From the NCBI GenBank assembly GCA_963777865.1, contig CAVZSG010000002.1, positions 125,863-189,862 on the forward strand: a DNA stretch of 64,000 bases, given 5' to 3'. Of the stretch, positions 34,087 to 45,633 are shown piece by piece. Positions within the stretch are counted from its first letter, which is position 1; each line of letters begins with the position of its first letter. The notes under the pieces are model-generated. The model saw nothing but the letters and a program-made list of their open reading frames with translations, ran no database searches and was not told where the DNA came from. This stretch comes from an uncultured Chloroflexia bacterium. GTDB lineage: Bacteria > Chloroflexota > Chloroflexia > Thermomicrobiales > UBA6265. Position numbers and translations under genes: made by a program.

Positions 34087-35795
34087 TGGGTGTACCCATA
34101 ATCGATTGCCGCCCGTTCGGCGGAGACGAATCCGTTGGCGATATCGGAGGCGATCATGGCCGGATCACGATCCGCCGTCTCGCCGTAGCCGCCGCCGCCT
34201 GGCATGACCAGCTTCACCTGATCACCCGGATGGAGGATGATGCCGGAGAACTTCGAAGGCGATTTGGTGCCGAATACGTCGACGAATGTCTGCCATTCGC
34301 CCTCGCCCTGCAGCTTGACGTAGAGACCGCCGCGCGCTCCGTTGCCGCCCCCGAGCGTGCCCCACGGATCGGCTTTCATGCGGTTCAACAACGCGCTGAC
34401 CGTCACGTCGGACGTGACCGACAGGATCCGCTCGCCGCCAAGTCCGCCGCGCCATTGACCCGGACCACCCGAATCGGTCAGCAAGCGGTACTCGTCGATC
34501 AGGAAAGACGGATACCGCGTCTCGAAGACCTCGACCGGCGTGTTGCGGCAGTTGCCGTTGATCGTCACGACCATGTTGTTGCCGTCGAGCCCCTTGCGAC
34601 CGCCCCAGCCGACACCTTCGAAGTGGAAGTGCGCGTAGAGATCGCCGGTCCGCGGATCGGTGCCGCCGAAGAGGAACGGCGACGACGTGCCGCCGCAGGC
34701 CGCGACGACCCGATCCGGAATCGCGTGCTGCAGCGCGCCGAAGACCATGTCGGTGATGCGCGGGCTGGTTTCGGTATTGCCGCCCGCGACCGGCGCCGGG
34801 AACGAGCAGTTCACGATCGTGCCAGGTGGAGCGATGATGGTGAACGGCCGGTAGCACCCCTCGTTGCGCGGAATCGTCGGGTCGGTCAGGTGCAGGAAGG
34901 CGTTGTAGACCGCCGAGGCCGTCACGGCGTAGATCGCGTTGACCGGTCCGACCGCCTGCGGTGCCGAGCCGGTGAAGTCGGCAATGATCTCTTCGTCGCG
35001 AACGGTCAGACTGCAGCCGCATCGGGTAGGAGCGGTCGCTGATGCCGTCGTCCTCGATCACATCCTCGAAGTAGTAGATGCCGTTCGGAATCGCGCGAAT
35101 TTCGGCCCGCATCCGTCGTTCCGCGATGTGCCAGCAGCTGTCGGGACGCCTCCCGAACCAGATCCTCACCGTAGGTAGTCGAGCAGCTCGATGATGCGCT
35201 GCTTCGGCCAGATCGAGCGAGGCCATCATCGCCCGGAAATCGCCGTAGGTCACCTTCGGCGTGCGGTGATTGGCGAGGATGATCTTCCAGATATCCTCGT
35301 CATCGACGCCGCGCTTCTTGATCTTCACCGGCGGCAGCAGCAGCCCCTCCTGGAAGACCTCGGTCGCATCTCCGGAGAGACCGCCTGGCGTCTTGGCGCC
35401 CGGTTCGGACATGTGGGCGACGTTGGCCACGAACGCGAAGATCTCGCCCTCGTAGAAGACCGGCTTGAGCATCATGTGCTCCGGCACGTGTCCGGAACCG
35501 CGATACGGGTCGTCGTGGAGCACGACATCACCCGGCTCGAACGCATCGAGCCCAGTTCGTCCAGCGTCCAGGTGACGGTGAACTTGATCGTGCCGATCTG
35601 CGACGGGCAGAACTCGGCCTGCGCCAGCATCTGACCCTGCGGGTCAAAGATGACGCAGGAGAAATCGAGCGACTCGTTGAAGATCGGCGAGTAGCTCGTC
35701 TTCATCATCGTCACGCCCATGTCCCGGCAGGTCGAGGTCAGGTAGTTGTCGATGACGGTCAGGGTGACCGGGTCAATCGCTGGCAGGCTGCTCAT
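34083..35795 (-). CDS. Hydantoinase B / 5-oxoprolinase subunit; several frameshifts
   Basis: IDPVTLTVI, TSYSPIFNESLDFSC, HDDPYRGSGH, EVFQEG, PRNEG, RNTPVEVFE, PGGGGYG. Confidence 0.9.
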
Positions 35796-37868
35796 GCGTC
35801 ACTTCGTCCACCGGTCCGGTGTCGATGAGCAGTTGTCCATCTGGCAGCACGGTCACGGTCATCCCAGGCTCGACCAGCGTGGTCGATACCGGGCTCCTCG
35901 AGGACGCACGGACCGTCGATAGCCGGATCCCGCAGGCAGGTCGTACCGGCGGTAGACCGCCGACGGGACGTCGCCTCGTCCCCGGAAATGTGACCAGGCG
36001 CGACTGGGAGTTGCGCGTCGGCGGTTCCGGTCGATTCGCCGCGAGATCGTGGCGATGGCGCGGCGACCGGATGCCGTCACATGGAACGAGACCAGTTCGA
36101 TTTCTTCGCCCTGCGATGGCGTACCCATACCGCTCGGCGTGGATCGCTTCGAACGCCGCGATAGGCATCCTGCAGGCGCCGGCCGTCATCGCGTCCGATC
36201 GGAATCGGCACGTGGTGCTCGTAGTTCTGGCCCGACGTAGCGCATGTTGATCGAGTAGGAGACCTCCGGCTCGCCGGTGAATCCCTCGTTGCGCAGTTCC
36301 GCCATCGGCCGCGTCGCGAATCGTCGCGAACTGGCGCTGCGACCAGCTCGGCATCGACGCTGTTGGACTTGAATGCCTGGGTCCAGATCTTGTCGACCCG
36401 CAGGTCGGCCATCAGCATGCCCGAGCGCCGAGGCATTGCCGGGATACATCGGGACCAGCACCCGGGGAATGCGCAGCGCCGCGCGACCGCCGCGGCATGG
36501 AGCGGACCGGCGCCACCGAACGCGAAGAGCGCGAATCGACGCGGGTCGTAGCCGCGCTCGATGCGAGACCATCTTGATCGCGCTGGCCATGTTCTCGTTG
36601 GCGATTTCGACGATCGACGACGCGAGATCGATGAACCGTCATGCCTCGCCTGTCGCGGCAAGGTCTCGAGCGCCGCCTCGGCGAGGTCACGATCGAGCGA
36701 CATCCGCCCGCCCAGGAAATAGCCGGGATCGAGGCGCCCGAGCACGAGATTCGCGTCGGTGACGGTCGGCGCGTTCCGCCGTTGCCGTAGCAGGCGGGCC
36801 CAGGACGCGCCCGCGCGCTCTCCGGGCCGACGCGCAGGAATCCGCCGGCATCGATCCAGGCGATGCTGCCGCCGCCCGCGCCGATCGACTTGATATCGAT
36901 CAGCGGAATCGCGGCCGGAACACCCCATTCGATCTCGTACTCGGTGGTGTGCTTCAGCTCGCCCTCTGGGATGATGCCGACGTCGGCGCTGGTGCCGCCC
37001 ATGTCGAGCGTGAGCAGGTTCGGTTCGCCTGCCTGAACACCGAGCGCCGCGGCCGCCAGCATCCCGCCGGCCGGGCCCGACTGCGCGGTCTGAATCGGGT
37101 TCTCGGCCGCCGCCTCTGCCCGCATCGCGCCGCCGTTCGACTTCATGATCGTCCAGGGCGAAGCGCAGCCCGGCGTCGGCAGCGCGGCCGTCAGGCTCTC
37201 GACGTACCGACCCATCAGCGGTTTCAGGTAGGCGTCGGCAATGGTGGTCGAGGTCCGCTCGTATTCGCGCCAGATCGGGGCGACCTCGTGCGAGACGGAA
37301 ACCGGAATGCCCGGCAGCTCTCGCGCCACGATCTCCGCGACCTGCTGCTCGTGCTCGGGATTGACGTACGAGAAGAGCAGGCAGATCGCGACCGCCTCGA
37401 CGCCGGCTGCTCTTGCAGCTCCGGCACAGCGGCGACGACCGCGTCGTCGTCGAGCGGCCGAACTACCTGCCCTTCCGACCGATCCGCTCCGGGACACCCA
37501 CGCTGTCGCGTCGCGAGGTGAGGAGCGGTTTCGGTTTCTGCCAGCGCAGGTCGTACAGCGTTTTGCGGTTGATGCGCTGGATGTAGGGGATGTCCTCGTG
37601 ACCCGGCGGTGACCAGAAACCCGACCCGCGCGCCGGTCCGTTCGATCAGGGCGTTCGTGCCGACGGTGGTGCCATGGACCAGGCTGGCGATCTCCGCCAT
37701 CGGGATCTCCGCGCCATCGATGGCATTCGATCAGCGCCTGTCCCGGCGACGTCGGCACGGACGGCGTTTTGAAGGTGGTGATGTTCCCCTGTCGCGGTCA
37801 AATGCCACCAGGTCGGTGAAGGTTCCACCGGTGTCGATTCCGATCGAGAACGCGCGACTGGTGCTCAT
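35773..37868 (-). CDS. Hydantoinase A / oxoprolinase ATP-binding subunit; heavily frameshifted
   Basis: IGIDTGGTFTD, VHGTTVGTNA, REYERTSTT, SGPAGG, DMGGTS, IGAGGGSIA, FGGAGPLHA. Confidence 0.88.
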
Positions 37869-37911
37869 TGACGTTCGGTTACTCCTGCGTTACGTCCTGC
37901 GGCGAATGTAA

Positions 37912-37927
37912 ACGACACATGTGTCGT
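37912..37927. promoter_or_regulatory. Perfect 16-bp palindrome, candidate operator in the divergent promoter region
   Basis: acgacacatgtgtcgt, overlapping and followed by two cgtctgac copies. Confidence 0.5.
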
Positions 37928-37969
37928 CTGACCAGAACGGTGCGTCTGACTGGTTCGCCGAGCACAGGA

Positions 37970-37998
37970 TTGACAGCCAGAAAAGCCCACCATAGACT
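37970..37998 (+). promoter_or_regulatory. Sigma70-type promoter of the ABC/M20 operon
   Basis: TTGACA-17 nt-TAGACT. Confidence 0.75.
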
Positions 37999-38233
37999 CC
38001 TCACGCTAGTCGCGAAAAGTTCTTCCAAAAATTGTCGCAAAGATTCGGCAGAATTCGGGTCAGATCAATTCGAGCGCGATGTGCATTCGATGACACGATC
38101 GTGCGACCAGAGACGTTCCGGAAATCGCGGCACATTCGGCGATAGAACGACTCGCTGCCGGCCGTCAGTCAGGTCTCGTTGTGTTTGCAATGTCGCGCAA
38201 TGGGCGCGCAGGATTCACCCGGAGGGCCAGGGC

Positions 38234-39630
38234 GTGAGCAAGCTTCTGACGTTCAAGGACAAGCAGCGCTTGCGCGACGAAGCAATCGTCGATTTCAAGT
38301 CACGGGTTCATCAATCGGCGTGAGTTCATGTTCCGCGCGACCGCGCTCGGGGTTTCGGCGGCGTTCGCCGGCAAGATCGCCAATGCCGTGCCGCGCCGCG
38401 TCCGAAGCCGACAGCCGCAGCCGCTGGCAGCGAAGCAGGCCGAAGCAACCGTCACCATGATCAAGGGCCCGCACCACCCGGACGACGCCAAGTTCTGGGA
38501 GGAGATGAAGACCGACGTTCGAGGCCGCTCACCCGGATATCGCCCTCAACCCGACATTCTTCAACTGGGCAACGATGGACGCGGAGCTGACCGCCGGGTA
38601 CGCCGCGATGCGCCGGCAGATGTCGTCTACCTGGTCGACCTGGTCCTCGCCAAGTTCGTTAACGCCGGTGCAGGTGGCCGACATCACCGCGTTGGTCGAC
38701 GATGCGGACTTGGCGACTGACAAGGCCGCTATCGCGCCGTTCACGTGGGACGTCACCAGCTTCGACGAGCAAGCACCTATGGTGTCGGCGCACTGGGCGC
38801 CGCGTTCGGCATCTTCTACAACAGGACCTGCTCGAGGCGGCCGGCATCACCGAGTTCCCGAAGACCCGCGAGAGCCTGGTCGAGGCCGCGCATGGCCCTC
38901 ACGACCGACGAGGTCTGGGGCTTCCAGTTCCGCGACTCATTCCCCGACTATGCCCACTGGGACTGGCTGCCGTACGTCCACAATGACGACGCAGATGTCT
39001 GACGCCTGACCTGCAGGCGCAGAACCTCGATCCCAAGGCTGCCGCGGCGACGCAGTACCTCGCGGACATGCACCTGGTGCACAAGGTCTCGCCGGAGGCC
39101 GGCGCCTACGACTGGAACGGCAACAAGGCGCTCTTCGAGGCCGGTCGCATTGCGATCCTGCACGACGAGTTCCCGCAGGCCGAACGTCTGGGAAGTCGAC
39201 AAGCCAGTTTCCTTCGACCTCGGCGTCGCGCAGGCGCCAGCCACCACAGACGGTGGCAAGCAGACCACGATGGGCAACTTCGGGTACGCCACCATCTCCG
39301 AGAAGAGCGCCGACCAAGGAAGCGGCCTGGGAGTTCGTCAAGTGGTGGACCAGCGCTGATGTCATCAACCCGTACGCAGCCAAGATCGGTCTTTCGGGGT
39401 ACGCACTGACTCCAGCCCCGCCGTACGAGAGCTCACTGCTGCAGACAGGTTCAGGACGAGTTCGTTCCGACGGTCCAGGGCGTCCAGGTTACACGAGAAC
39501 TACTACCAGATGCTGACCAACCTCTGGCCGGAGGTCGAGAAGGCATACCGCGGTGAGCAGACCGGTGCAGAGGCGATCGGCCAAGGCCGGCGAAGCCGTC
39601 ACCGCGCTGATCCAGGCGCTCACCCTCAGG
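38234..39630 (+). CDS. Sugar-type (family 1) ABC substrate-binding protein, Tat leader; heavily frameshifted, end approximate
   Basis: INRREFMFRA leader; IFYN, LFEAGRIAI, EAAWEFVKWWTS fragments. Confidence 0.75.
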
Positions 39631-39719
39631 CCGTCCGCTCGTCAACGGCGACGACTGGACGGCCCTGTCTCCTCGATCAGATTGCACGTCCGTTTCGCCC
39701 TGACCGCTCGAGAACGCAG

Positions 39720-40634
39720 ATGCGGCTTTCTCCAGGAAGAGCACGCCGGCTGCGGCGGAACTACAACCGGCGCCGGGCCCTGACGGCGTACGGCTTTCCT
39801 GCTGCCCAATGCGATTTTCTTCCTGGCGTTCCTGCTGCTTCCCGATCGTCTACCTCTTCTACCTGACGTTTCACAACGGCGGCATCATTACACCGGCCGA
39901 ATATGTCGGTCTGGACAACTGGCGTAAGCCTGGGGCGATGACGCTGATCCGCACCGCGATCAGGAACACGGTCTACTACTGCTTGATGGCCATCCCGTCC
40001 GTCTTCATCATCGGCATGATTCTGGCTCTCTGCCTGCAGACGAGTCACTCGCGGCGGCAGCGGTCATTTCGCTCGACTCTTCTATCTTCCGACGCTCACC
40101 CCGTACGTCGTAGCCGCGCTGATCTGGCTCTTCATGTTCCAGCGCGACTTTGGTGCTCTCAACGTCGGCCAGGGACGCGGTTCGGGCTGCCACCGCAGAA
40201 CTGGCTCGGCAACACCGAGTCTGGTCATGCCGTCGATTGCGATGCTCGAAGTCTGGCGCGGAGTCGGGTTCTGGACGCTGCTCTTCCTGGCGGCACTGCT
40301 GGCGTTGCCCAAGGAGCTCTACCAGGCAGCGACCATTGACGGCGCGAACGGCTGGCAGCGGTTCATCCACATCACCCTGCCGCTGATGCGCCCGACGTTC
40401 TTCTTCGCGGTCGTCATGGCCACGATCTGGAATTTCCAGCTCTTCGATTCGGTCAGCATCCTGACCGACGGCGGACCGGCGAATGCCAGCGTCACCGTGG
40501 TCTGGTACATCTACAAGGCGATGTTCCAGTTCAATGACAAGGTCGGGTTCGCCGCTGCGCTGAGCTTCCTGCTTGTTGATGTTCATCCTGATTCTGACGA
40601 CCGATCGAGATTCGCCTCCTGAGGAAGAAGATAG
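39720..40634 (+). CDS. Carbohydrate ABC permease (MalF type); frameshifted
   Basis: YVGLDNW, WRGVGFW, ELYQAATIDGANGWQRF.HITLP, FQLFD. Confidence 0.8.
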
Positions 40635-40636
40635 CG

Positions 40637-41535
40637 ATGGCCGATCGAAACGAATTTCCCGGATCTCGATCCCGCACCGCGTCCAGTGACCAAAGGCCGC
40701 TCGTTCTTCCGGGCCGACAACGCCTACATGGTCATGACCTATGCGCGTCCTGATCGTGGCCGTCGCGGTTGCGCTGATTCCGTTTCTGTACGTGATTTCG
40801 ACATCGCTCAAGGAGACTCGCGTCGCTCTTCAGCTATCCGCCGCAGTGGATACCGCGTGAGCCGACGCTCGACAACTACCGGAAGCTCTGGCAGGAGCAC
40901 CCGTTCAAGCGCTGGCTGTTCAACTCGTTTTTCGTCGCCACCGTCGTGACCGTGATCAAGGTCGTCATCGACTCGATGGCCGGGTACGCCTTCGCCAAGA
41001 TGCGCTTTGCCGGTCGGGACGGGCTCTTCGCGCTGGTGTTGCTGACGCTGATGGTGCCGTTTTCGGCGACGCTGATTCCGCTCTACATCATCGTCCGCGA
41101 ACTGAACATGACCAACACCTACTGGGGCTTGATCCTGCCGCCGCTGGCCAGCCCGATCGGCATCTTCATGATGCGGCAGTTCATCGAGACGCTTGCCCAG
41201 CGATCTGGAGAATGCGGCCCGGCTGGATGGCTGCACCGAGTTCCAGATCTACCGCAAGGTCATTCTGCCGCTGATGCAAACCAGGCCTGGTCGTGCTCGG
41301 CGTCTTCACGTTCATGAATCAGTGGACGAGCTACCTCTGGCCGCTGGTCGTCAATACCAAGCCGGAGATGATGACCCTGACCGTCGGAATCCAGAGCCTG
41401 CGTTCGCTCTTCACGGTCGACTGGGGCATTCTCTCGGCCGGCGCGGTGCTCTCGATGCTGCCGCTGGTGCTCGTCTTCATCTTCCTGCAGCGATTCTTCA
41501 TCGCCGGTTCGATCGCCGGCGCGCTCAAGGAGTAA
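40637..41535 (+). CDS. Carbohydrate ABC permease (MalG type); frameshifted
   Basis: MAGYAFAKMRF, LENAARLDG, QWTSYLWPL, LQRFFIAG..GALKE. Confidence 0.82.
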
Positions 41536-41537
41536 CC

Positions 41538-42653
41538 GTGGCTCGCGTCGAATTCATCGAAGTCTCCAAGCGATATGGCGATTCCGGAGCGGTCCAGGAC
41601 GTCAACCTGACCGTCGAGGACCACGAGTTCCTGGTGCTGCTCGGCCCCTCCGGCTGCGGCAAGAGCACGCTGCTCGAAGATGGTCGCCGGCCTCGAGGAT
41701 GTCACCGACGGCGAGATCTACATCGACGATCGGATGGTCAATTACGAGCATCCGGCCAAACGCAACGTCGCGATGGTCTTCCAGAACTACGCGCTCTACC
41801 CGCACATGACCGTGTACGACAACATCGCGTTCCCGCTCAAGATGACCGGCGTGCAGCAAGGACGTCATCAAGCAGAAGGTGACCAACGCCGCCCAGATCC
41901 TCGGGCTGGATCCGTATCTGGACCGCCGCCCGGAGCACCTTTCCGGTGGTCAGCGGCAGCGGGTGGCGCTGGGTCGGGCGATCGTGCGCGAACCGGCGGT
42001 CTTCCTGATGGACGAACCGCTCTCCAACCTCGATGCCCAGCTCCGGGTGCAGACGCGCGAGGAACTGCTGCGCCTCCAGAGCGCGACTGCAGACCACGAC
42101 CATCTACGTCACCCACGACCAGATCGAGGCGATGACGATGGGCCACCGGATCGTGGTCATGCGCGGCGGCCTGGTGCAGCAGATCGGCAAACCGCAGGAC
42201 GTCTACGATCACCCGGTCAACACGTTCGTGGCCGCGTTCCTGGGCAGTCCGCGCATCAACCTGCACTCCGGAGCGCTGGAGAGCGGCGATGGCGGCCCGT
42301 CATTCGTTGCGAACGGAACCCGGATTCCCCTGACCGGTAGGCTCAGCAAACTCGGTGAAACGGTTGCGTCAGGCAGTGAAGTCGCGATCGGCATCCGACC
42401 GGAGGACATTTCCGTGCTGGTCAACGGCGAGTCATCACCGTCGGCCAGTCACGTGCTGGTTCCGGGGGTCGTCAATCTCGTCGAACCGGTCGGCTCGGAT
42501 CTGTACGTGAACGCGACGACCGGCGACGGCGTGACCTGGATGGCCCGAACCGATCCGCGCTTGGCCGTTTCTGCCGGGACCAATGTCGACCTCGCGCTCA
42601 ATCTCGAACACGCGCATCTCTTCGGCCCCGACGGTCGCAACCTGGAGCAGTAG
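41538..42653 (+). CDS. ABC transporter ATP-binding protein (MalK/UgpC type); frameshifted
   Basis: [42 protein letters not shown]. Confidence 0.92.
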
Positions 42654-42660
42654 GTGATGA

Positions 42661-43956
42661 CTGACCGCATCCGAGGCGATCGTTGCTGCAGTTGATCGGC
42701 TGACTGACCATCTGATTGATTTGACCCGGCAGCTGGTCGGGTGTCGAACCGATAGCCAAAGTGAGAACAATCCACTCTTCGAACCCGAAGTTGCCCGGTG
42801 CCAGGACATCGTCGCCGGGCAACTCAGTTCGATCGGCATGACCGTCGAGCGCTGGACCGAACCGCCTCGGTACCCGGTGGTCGCCGGTTGCCTGGCCGGA
42901 TCCGGCGGCGGACGTTCGATGGCGATCAATGGTCATATCGATGTCGTCCCGGTCGGCGAAACGTCCGCCTGGAGTCACGATCCATGGGCGGGTGAGATCG
43001 CCGACGGCAAACTCTGGGGTCGCGGCACGACCGACATGAAGGGTGGAGTCGCGGCCGGAATCATCGCGGCCCGGGCGCTGGCCGAGGCTGGTGTTCCGCT
43101 CAGGGGTGACCTCTGGTTGCACGTCGTCTCGGACGAAGAGGTCGTCGGATTCGGCACCCGCAATCTCATCCAACGGTTGCCACGCGTCGATGCCGTTATC
43201 GATGCCGAACCGACCGATCTCAAGATCAACCCGACCGAGGGCGGCCTGATTCACATGCGGATCGAGGTCGAAGGGCGGGAGAGTCACGCCGGCAACCGCT
43301 ACCTGAGTGTCCATGCCGGCGGTCGCGGAACCGATGGCGGAGTCAACGCGATCGAAAAGATGGCGAAGATCATGGCGGCACTGCAGGATCTGGAGCGGGA
43401 CTGGGCGATCAACCGGAGCCACCCGATGTTGCCGCCCGGGTTCAACACGATTCTGCCGGGAATCATGATCGGCGGCCCTGGCGGCGGGACTGACGGCTTC
43501 CTGAACCTCATCTCCAACCCTGGCACGACTCCGAATTACTGCTCGCTCGAATACAACATCTGGTACCTGCCGCAGGAGACGTTCGACGAGATCCGCGCTG
43601 AGATCGAGGCGTACGTGCTGGACGTGTGCCGGACCGATTCGTGGCTACGCGAGCATCCGCCCACCTTTACCTGGAAGCTGCGCAACGTCTTCTTCCCGCC
43701 GGTCGATACCGCTCCGGATCACCCGTTCATTCAGTCTTTGGCCGGATCGCTGGCCGCGCTCGGACGACCTGCGCCAATCGAAGCCTTCACCGCAGCATCC
43801 GAGCTTGCCTGGTACGCCGAGCAGGGGATCGACGGCACCATCTTCGGACCTGGTCGCATCGCCCAGGCCCACAGCCCCAACGAATACGTCGAGATCGAAC
43901 AACTCATCGCCGCCTGCAAGGCCATGGCACTGACCGCTGCCGATTGGTGCAGCTGA
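42661..43956 (+). CDS. M20 family ArgE/DapE-like deacylase
   Basis: NGHIDVVP, GRGTTDMKGG, SDEE, AEPT, AHSPNEY; start inferred at CTG behind AGGTGAT. Confidence 0.9.
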   Translation: MTASEAIVAAVDRLTDHLIDLTRQLVGCRTDSQSENNPLFEPEVARCQDIVAGQLSSIGMTVERWTEPPRYPVVAGCLAGSGGGRSMAINGHIDVVPVGETSAWSHDPWAGEIADGKLWGRGTTDMKGGVAAGIIAARALAEAGVPLRGDLWLHVVSDEEVVGFGTRNLIQRLPRVDAVIDAEPTDLKINPTEGGLIHMRIEVEGRESHAGNRYLSVHAGGRGTDGGVNAIEKMAKIMAALQDLERDWAINRSHPMLPPGFNTILPGIMIGGPGGGTDGFLNLISNPGTTPNYCSLEYNIWYLPQETFDEIRAEIEAYVLDVCRTDSWLREHPPTFTWKLRNVFFPPVDTAPDHPFIQSLAGSLAALGRPAPIEAFTAASELAWYAEQGIDGTIFGPGRIAQAHSPNEYVEIEQLIAACKAMALTAADWCS

Positions 43957-44047
43957 CTCCTGCGTAGTCGGGCAGGTGGTCAAATCCGCGCCCAGTCAGT
44001 AGGGTTGCTCCATAGGTTTGTGCCACGCGCTACTCATTGGAGGCTCA

Positions 44048-44986
44048 ATGCAACTCGGCGGAATTCATCACCTGACCGCGGTTTCGGCCGAAATCCGGAA
44101 CAACCACTTCTTCTACACCCGCACCCTGGGCATGCGGCTGGTCAAGCGATCAGTAAATCAGGACGATGTCTCGGCCTATCACCTGTTCTACGCCGATGCG
44201 AAGGGCAGCCCCGGCACCGATGTGACCTTTTTCGACTGGCCGGTTGCCCCTGAGCGACGGGGAACCCGATCGATCATTCGGACCGATCTTCGGGTCAACG
44301 GCGAAACCTCACTTCAATGGTGGGCCACCCGCTTCGCCGAACTGGAAGTCACTGCCAAGCCGATTGCGGAGCGAGACGGTCGACTGACGCTTGATTTCGA
44401 GGACCCAGAGGGTCAGCGACTCTCACTCGTTGATGACGGCGGAGTTGGTGATGCGTTCCCGTGGGACAAGAGCCCAGTGCCAGCCGAGCACCAGATCCGC
44501 GGACTGGGGCCGATCACGATGAGCGTCCCGGTACTTGAACCAACCGATGCGGTGTTGAAGTCTGTCCTCAATATGCGGCCAGCGCGTGAGTATGCCGACG
44601 GTGCGTACACAGTTCATGTGTACGAGATGGGGCCGGGTGGTCCGGCGGCCGAACTGCATGTCTCCGTTCAGCCCGATCTGCCTGTCGCGCAATCCGGAGC
44701 GGGATCGGTTCACCACGTCGCATTCCGGACTCCGGACGCCGATTACGATGCCTGGGCGGACCGGCTGGCTGACCTCGGAGTGCCGAACAGCGGCAAGGTC
44801 GATCGCTTCTGGTTCCAGAGTCTCTACTTCCGCGAGCCAAACGGAATCCTGTTCGAGATCGCGAGCGACGGACCCGGTTTCGGCATCGACGAGGACGACG
44901 CGACGCTCGGCGAGAAGGTTGTGCTGGCCCCGTTCCTCGAGCCACGCCGGGCCGAGATCGTCGCCAATCTGAAGCCGATCGACTAG
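44048..44986 (+). CDS. VOC-family ring-cleaving dioxygenase (MhqO/PcpA-like)
   Basis: [17 protein letters not shown]...[39 protein letters not shown]. Confidence 0.92.
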   Translation: MQLGGIHHLTAVSAEIRNNHFFYTRTLGMRLVKRSVNQDDVSAYHLFYADAKGSPGTDVTFFDWPVAPERRGTRSIIRTDLRVNGETSLQWWATRFAELEVTAKPIAERDGRLTLDFEDPEGQRLSLVDDGGVGDAFPWDKSPVPAEHQIRGLGPITMSVPVLEPTDAVLKSVLNMRPAREYADGAYTVHVYEMGPGGPAAELHVSVQPDLPVAQSGAGSVHHVAFRTPDADYDAWADRLADLGVPNSGKVDRFWFQSLYFREPNGILFEIASDGPGFGIDEDDATLGEKVVLAPFLEPRRAEIVANLKPID

Positions 44987-44997
44987 AGGAGCGTCGA

Positions 44998-45628
44998 ATG
45001 ATCAATCAGGAACCGGACTTTCCAGTACAAGTTTCAGCCAGCGACATCCTCAACCGATACCCGCACGATTCTGGCGTTGCATGGAACCGGCGGCGATGAG
45101 AACGATCTGATCCCGTTGGCCCAGGCAGTCTTTCCAGGTGCAGCGATTCTGAGCCCGCGCGGAAAGGTGCTGGAGGGAAATGCACCCCGCTTCTTCCGGC
45201 GATTGGCCGAAGGCGTGCTCGATCTTGAGGATCTGGCATTCCGTACCGGGGAGCTGGCCGATTTTGTCGCGGCATCGGCAACGGAACATGGCTTCGATGC
45301 GAGCAACGTCGTGGCAATCGGCTTCTCAAACGGGGCAAACATCGCGGTGAGCATGTTGCTGACTCGCCCTGGTGTTTTGCGAGGCGCCGTTTTACTTAGC
45401 CCGATGTTGCCGTTTGTGCCTGAGGAAACGGTGGATCTCGCTGGTACCGCGGTGTTTATCGGAGCCGGCAACATGGATCCGCTGGTGCCCGTGTCCCAGA
45501 TTCAGCAGCTGAATGCGATCTTCGCCGACTCCGGTGCGAGCGTCACGCTGCACCAGGAAGACGTCGGCCACACGATCACCGACCGCGAAGTGTTGGCGGC
45601 GAAGGCGTGGGCCTCGCTGCTGCAATAG
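44998..45628 (+). CDS. Alpha/beta hydrolase (MhqD-like carboxylesterase); frameshift near 45035
   Basis: LHGTGGDE, SPRG...RFFRR, GFSNGAN nucleophile elbow, D and GH. Confidence 0.88.
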
Positions 45629-45633
45629 AGCAG

